64,000 nucleotides of DNA from Ostrea edulis. Its lineage: Eukaryota. Both the position numbers and the translations under genes were made by a program. The stretch is taken from positions 83,018,001 to 83,082,000 of the forward strand of contig NC_079168.1 of NCBI RefSeq assembly GCF_947568905.1, written 5' to 3'. The notes under the pieces are model-generated. The model saw only the letters and a list, made by a program, of their open reading frames with translations, did not search any database and was not told the origin of the DNA. Shown in pieces: positions 60,500 to 64,000 of the stretch; position 1 is the stretch's first letter; each line of letters opens with the position of its first letter.

Positions 60500-62356
60500 C
60501 TAGCTGGAATTAATCCCTGTTTGCCTGAGGTATGTGCACGTCTGTAGCGTTGACCACCACTTAGTTTGGTAACTATCTTCCTCCCCGAGTTCACGTAAAG
60601 CCAATTCTTTCGCTTTCAATAAGCCCGCAGTAGAAACCGTTTTTAACCATTTCTCTAGTTTCAATTTCTCTTTTTCAAAGTCAGATTTCCCGTCATCTTG
60701 ATTCTGTGAATCGTGAGTCGGTAGATCCTGCTTTACTGCAATGAAAACACTCGATTTCCCAAGATTCATGTTTCCCAAAAGCGCTCTTTCTTTCTGAGAC
60801 ATGGTCCATTGCCCAGGGTCAGTCGTTCGTGGTCGAATGTCACGTGCTGCCTCCAACACCACACTCTTCGACATCAAACACTGAGCCGAACTCAAGTTGC
60901 GTCTTTCGGTGATTTGTGCGAGTCTTATGATCCAAGGACTGGCGCGACTACCCACGTGATCCTGCTGTGACATTTGCTTTCGGTGAGAATAGAATTCCTC
61001 GGGATGTTCTTTAACATATCTAAGATATTGAAGGAGAGGTTGATAATCCACGCGAACATCGTCTTCGTTATCGTCATGTGCCTTCTTCTTATGCCGTGTA
61101 TGTTTCCTGGATTTGCTAACAATCGTCTGCGTCGCCTCTAGTTTTGATATAATGACATTATCATCTATTTCATTTTTGTCCATTTCACTCCCATTTTCAC
61201 TTTTATTGTCCTGAATGGCAGTGTTTTCTCCCGGAGTCGCTGTATTATCAACTGCTTCTTCTTTTGGAACAGGGTTCTCCAATTGTTTACGTTTTTCTCT
61301 CAATTCCTTTTCCTTTTTTATTTTATCAGCCACCCTTTGTTTCATTTGCTCTATTCTATTCGTTGTTGAAGCACTTTCTACTCCCGCCTCTTTCAGGGCC
61401 TTGTCGTGACAATCAAAAAAACTCTTTCTCGGCAGGTGCCATTCCAATTCGGCTTTGGTAAATTTAAAAGGGTCGCTAAAAGACCCTCGAACTTTCGATT
61501 TCGGTCGTTCCATTGCGGAATGGGATCTCCTGAGACTATATATATTTTCTTTGAAAGGAGATTTCCTATCTTCTACACAAGAGAAAGAATGTCTACTCGA
61601 TGCATTCCTAGATGAAGGCGCAAGCGCACTGCTTGATCTGTTTAGTTGCGTATTTCTCCCTTTCTTAAACAACTTATTGGATGAGCTACTGTTTGAGTTT
61701 CTCGTGTCTGCTCTTTCGTCGCTCTCTTCCTCTATTGTTTTCAAATCCTTCTTATTCCCCTTCATTTCTGCTGTTTTGTCCGTTTCTTTTATTTTGGGAG
61801 AACTGTTCTCTTCCGCTAAGTCCTCCACATAGTTCTGAGAGCTGGAATGCAGAGAAAGTTTTTCACTTTCACGGGGCTTTTCCTTTGAAAGCCTCCCGCT
61901 GTACTCTGTCTTTTCAGTTTGTGTCGTAAGATGTGTATCTGATGTACTCCCACTTATTTCATTTGACTGCACTTCACTAAGTTCACTTTGTAGCAGTTCC
62001 CCATTGCTTGAGTTCTCGCCTTCGTCTGCTTCTAACTGATCCGTCACAATATCGGTGTCACCAAATGAACCATTGATTCTCTCACTCTGTTTCGATTCGA
62101 TATTTCCATCGAAAATCACTTGATGATCCTTCTTCTTTAATTCGTCAGATTCGGTAATACCTAGATCCTCTCTAGCGGTGTCTGTCTCCAGTGTGGCCGC
62201 GGGAACAATAATGTGCTCTCCTTTTATTTGACGATGACTATCACTGTTTGTTTCGTGTGTTCCTCCCTTTTCATGGAAGAAATTATCACCATGCTGTTTT
62301 GTTCGTTTTAACTGTCGTCTGCGAGGACAACTTACTTCTAACTTCTTTTGTTTCAT
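60500..62356 (-). CDS. Uncharacterised 618-aa protein, single ORF, acidic/Ser-rich N-half and structured-looking C-terminus
   Basis: 1857-nt open frame in AT-rich DNA. The C-terminal region YQPLLQYLRYV..SPWIIRLAQI..KLEKWLKTV..KWWSTLQTCTYLR looks helical and domain-like. The first ATG is at 62356. Confidence 0.8.
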   Translation of the reverse strand: MKQKKLEVSCPRRRQLKRTKQHGDNFFHEKGGTHETNSDSHRQIKGEHIIVPAATLETDTAREDLGITESDELKKKDHQVIFDGNIESKQSERINGSFGDTDIVTDQLEADEGENSSNGELLQSELSEVQSNEISGSTSDTHLTTQTEKTEYSGRLSKEKPRESEKLSLHSSSQNYVEDLAEENSSPKIKETDKTAEMKGNKKDLKTIEEESDERADTRNSNSSSSNKLFKKGRNTQLNRSSSALAPSSRNASSRHSFSCVEDRKSPFKENIYSLRRSHSAMERPKSKVRGSFSDPFKFTKAELEWHLPRKSFFDCHDKALKEAGVESASTTNRIEQMKQRVADKIKKEKELREKRKQLENPVPKEEAVDNTATPGENTAIQDNKSENGSEMDKNEIDDNVIISKLEATQTIVSKSRKHTRHKKKAHDDNEDDVRVDYQPLLQYLRYVKEHPEEFYSHRKQMSQQDHVGSRASPWIIRLAQITERRNLSSAQCLMSKSVVLEAARDIRPRTTDPGQWTMSQKERALLGNMNLGKSSVFIAVKQDLPTHDSQNQDDGKSDFEKEKLKLEKWLKTVSTAGLLKAKELALRELGEEDSYQTKWWSTLQTCTYLRQTGINSS

Positions 62357-64000
62357 GTTTGTCACTCTATACCTTCCTTATAAAATCCTTCTTCTTTGTT
62401 TGAGATTCCTCTGTTTTCATTAATATTCATAAGTCACATTGTATCCTTTCGTCTATTGTTCCAATTCCACGGGTAACTGACAAAGCCACTATTGTCCTTA
62501 GAAAATAATTACCTCTGTGAAAATTCTTACGCTGTTTAAATTGTTGGGTTTAAAGTTATTATCAGAGGAATCTAACCATATACGTCTTGTTTATTCTGGA
62601 GATAGAAGTGGGAGATAATGTCTTGTTTTGTAGCACTTTCCCGCTACCTATTTTGATAGATAGCTGCGATCATCCCGTCACCACGAAATCCCCTCTCAGA
62701 AAACCCCCAGACGTACCATGGTTTTACATAAGGTTGCGCTTCTCAAGCACCTAGTCATCTGAAATATAAAAGTTTTCAATGGTTTTGTTTTCTTTGGCAA
62801 TTGGTTTAAAATTGTGGAGTTAAAAGTGTAGTTAATTTTTTTTTTTATTATATGAATAACAAAGTCATAGATTGACATATTTTCCCGATTAGATATTGTC
62901 ATTTGAAACATAAATAGGAGATTTCTGACATTTAAAACGAGTCTCCCAGACGATAATGTGTTTTAAAAATATTTACTTTAAAATGTGTATTAAGTGGATC
63001 GTTGTGAACGAAATGGAATACTTATATTCTAGAGACATATAAATAAGCAGATCAAGACAGAGGAATTCCTCCTTGACATCCAGAGAGTGTGGTGAATTCC
63101 TAAACTGGTTATGGCGTGTTCATTAAGAGCTACGTTCTGTCAGATATTTGGGGGGAAATTTTCAGTTTTATTGAACTAGAAGTTCGATAATTTCCTTGTA
63201 CTTAAAGATTGATTTAATCTGTCTGCGATTGATTACGTATATGGTTTGCTTATAACTGTCTTAATTTGTCTGAGTGTGAATTTAAATCAACTTTACATTA
63301 AAATTAGAAAAGAAAAATTTAAAAACTTTGATTTGAATTTATAAAAATTAGGTTTCTGATGATAAATACATTTCATTATACCAATATTTGAATATAATTT
63401 TTTTTCAGTCAGAATCTTACCGCCTTAAACAGTGTTTTAACCCGATACATTCAGATCTCACAAAGGATTTTTTTTTAAATTAGAATAAAATATATTACAT
63501 AAGTGTTTCGTGATGATAAATCTAAAATGAAATACAATTTTTTTTTATAAAATCAAAAATATTATAAGACTCACTTATTTCCTAGTTATCCTGGGCCTAT
63601 CCGTGTCAATGAATCTCAGCCATAACAACCCCAGACCTAGTTTAATCAACAGATTTTGTACTGATTGAAAAACAAGAAGGAACTGGTCAATTTCAGACAA
63701 AATTTAAATCTCCGCTGGGAGTCAATTATACAGTTTTTATAATGGTCGTCTCGAGCACTTCAGAACGCTGTGTGAAATTAACGTCGATAGATTTATTTTC
63801 TCACAATAAAATAATTTCACTGCGTTTGAATAGAGCGTGTCAAGTGCTTGCTAGAAAAAAAAAACCCGTAAAATTCGACCTGGAGTTAGAACCACATAAT
63901 GCAGGTAATGTTCGTAATCATTTAAATAAAATTTACTTCTATTCAAATGATTTATCTTCGGGAGATCTATCTATGTTAGACATCTTGGTTGCCAATATTT

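Overview
AT-rich, intron-containing animal DNA. The SINE/MITE repertoire suggests a bivalve mollusc, probably an oyster (inference). There is one 156-nt assembly gap. Protein genes I can support: (1) an intronless ITIH-like VIT+vWA gene with a signal peptide and a GPI-type tail (12160-14115); (2) a 4-exon Hlx homeobox gene (25643-29669); (3) a divergently oriented pair of 8-exon aldose 1-epimerase (GALM-like) paralogs (35856-39068 minus; 44211-50515 plus), both keeping the catalytic His/Glu but lacking the sugar-anchoring Arg and Asp; (4) two tandem ~2-kb uncharacterised exons (52838-54801, 57581-59607) sharing an ungapped 128-aa block that is 66% identical by my count, possibly alternative last exons of one gene; (5) a convergent single-ORF uncharacterised gene (60500-62356). 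The rest is a dense TE and satellite landscape. It includes a decayed CR1/L2-group LINE, four 3' fragments of a Penelope-like element, a tRNA-in-LTR miniature retrotransposon (TRIM) with a tRNA-His PBS, a MULE-like foldback inside a 27-bp satellite, a TATGG..CCATA element with a 6-bp TSD and inverted 21-bp arrays, a 28-bp satellite amplified from a SINE A-box, and several SINEs and palindromic MITEs. All calls are by eye; no database search was run.
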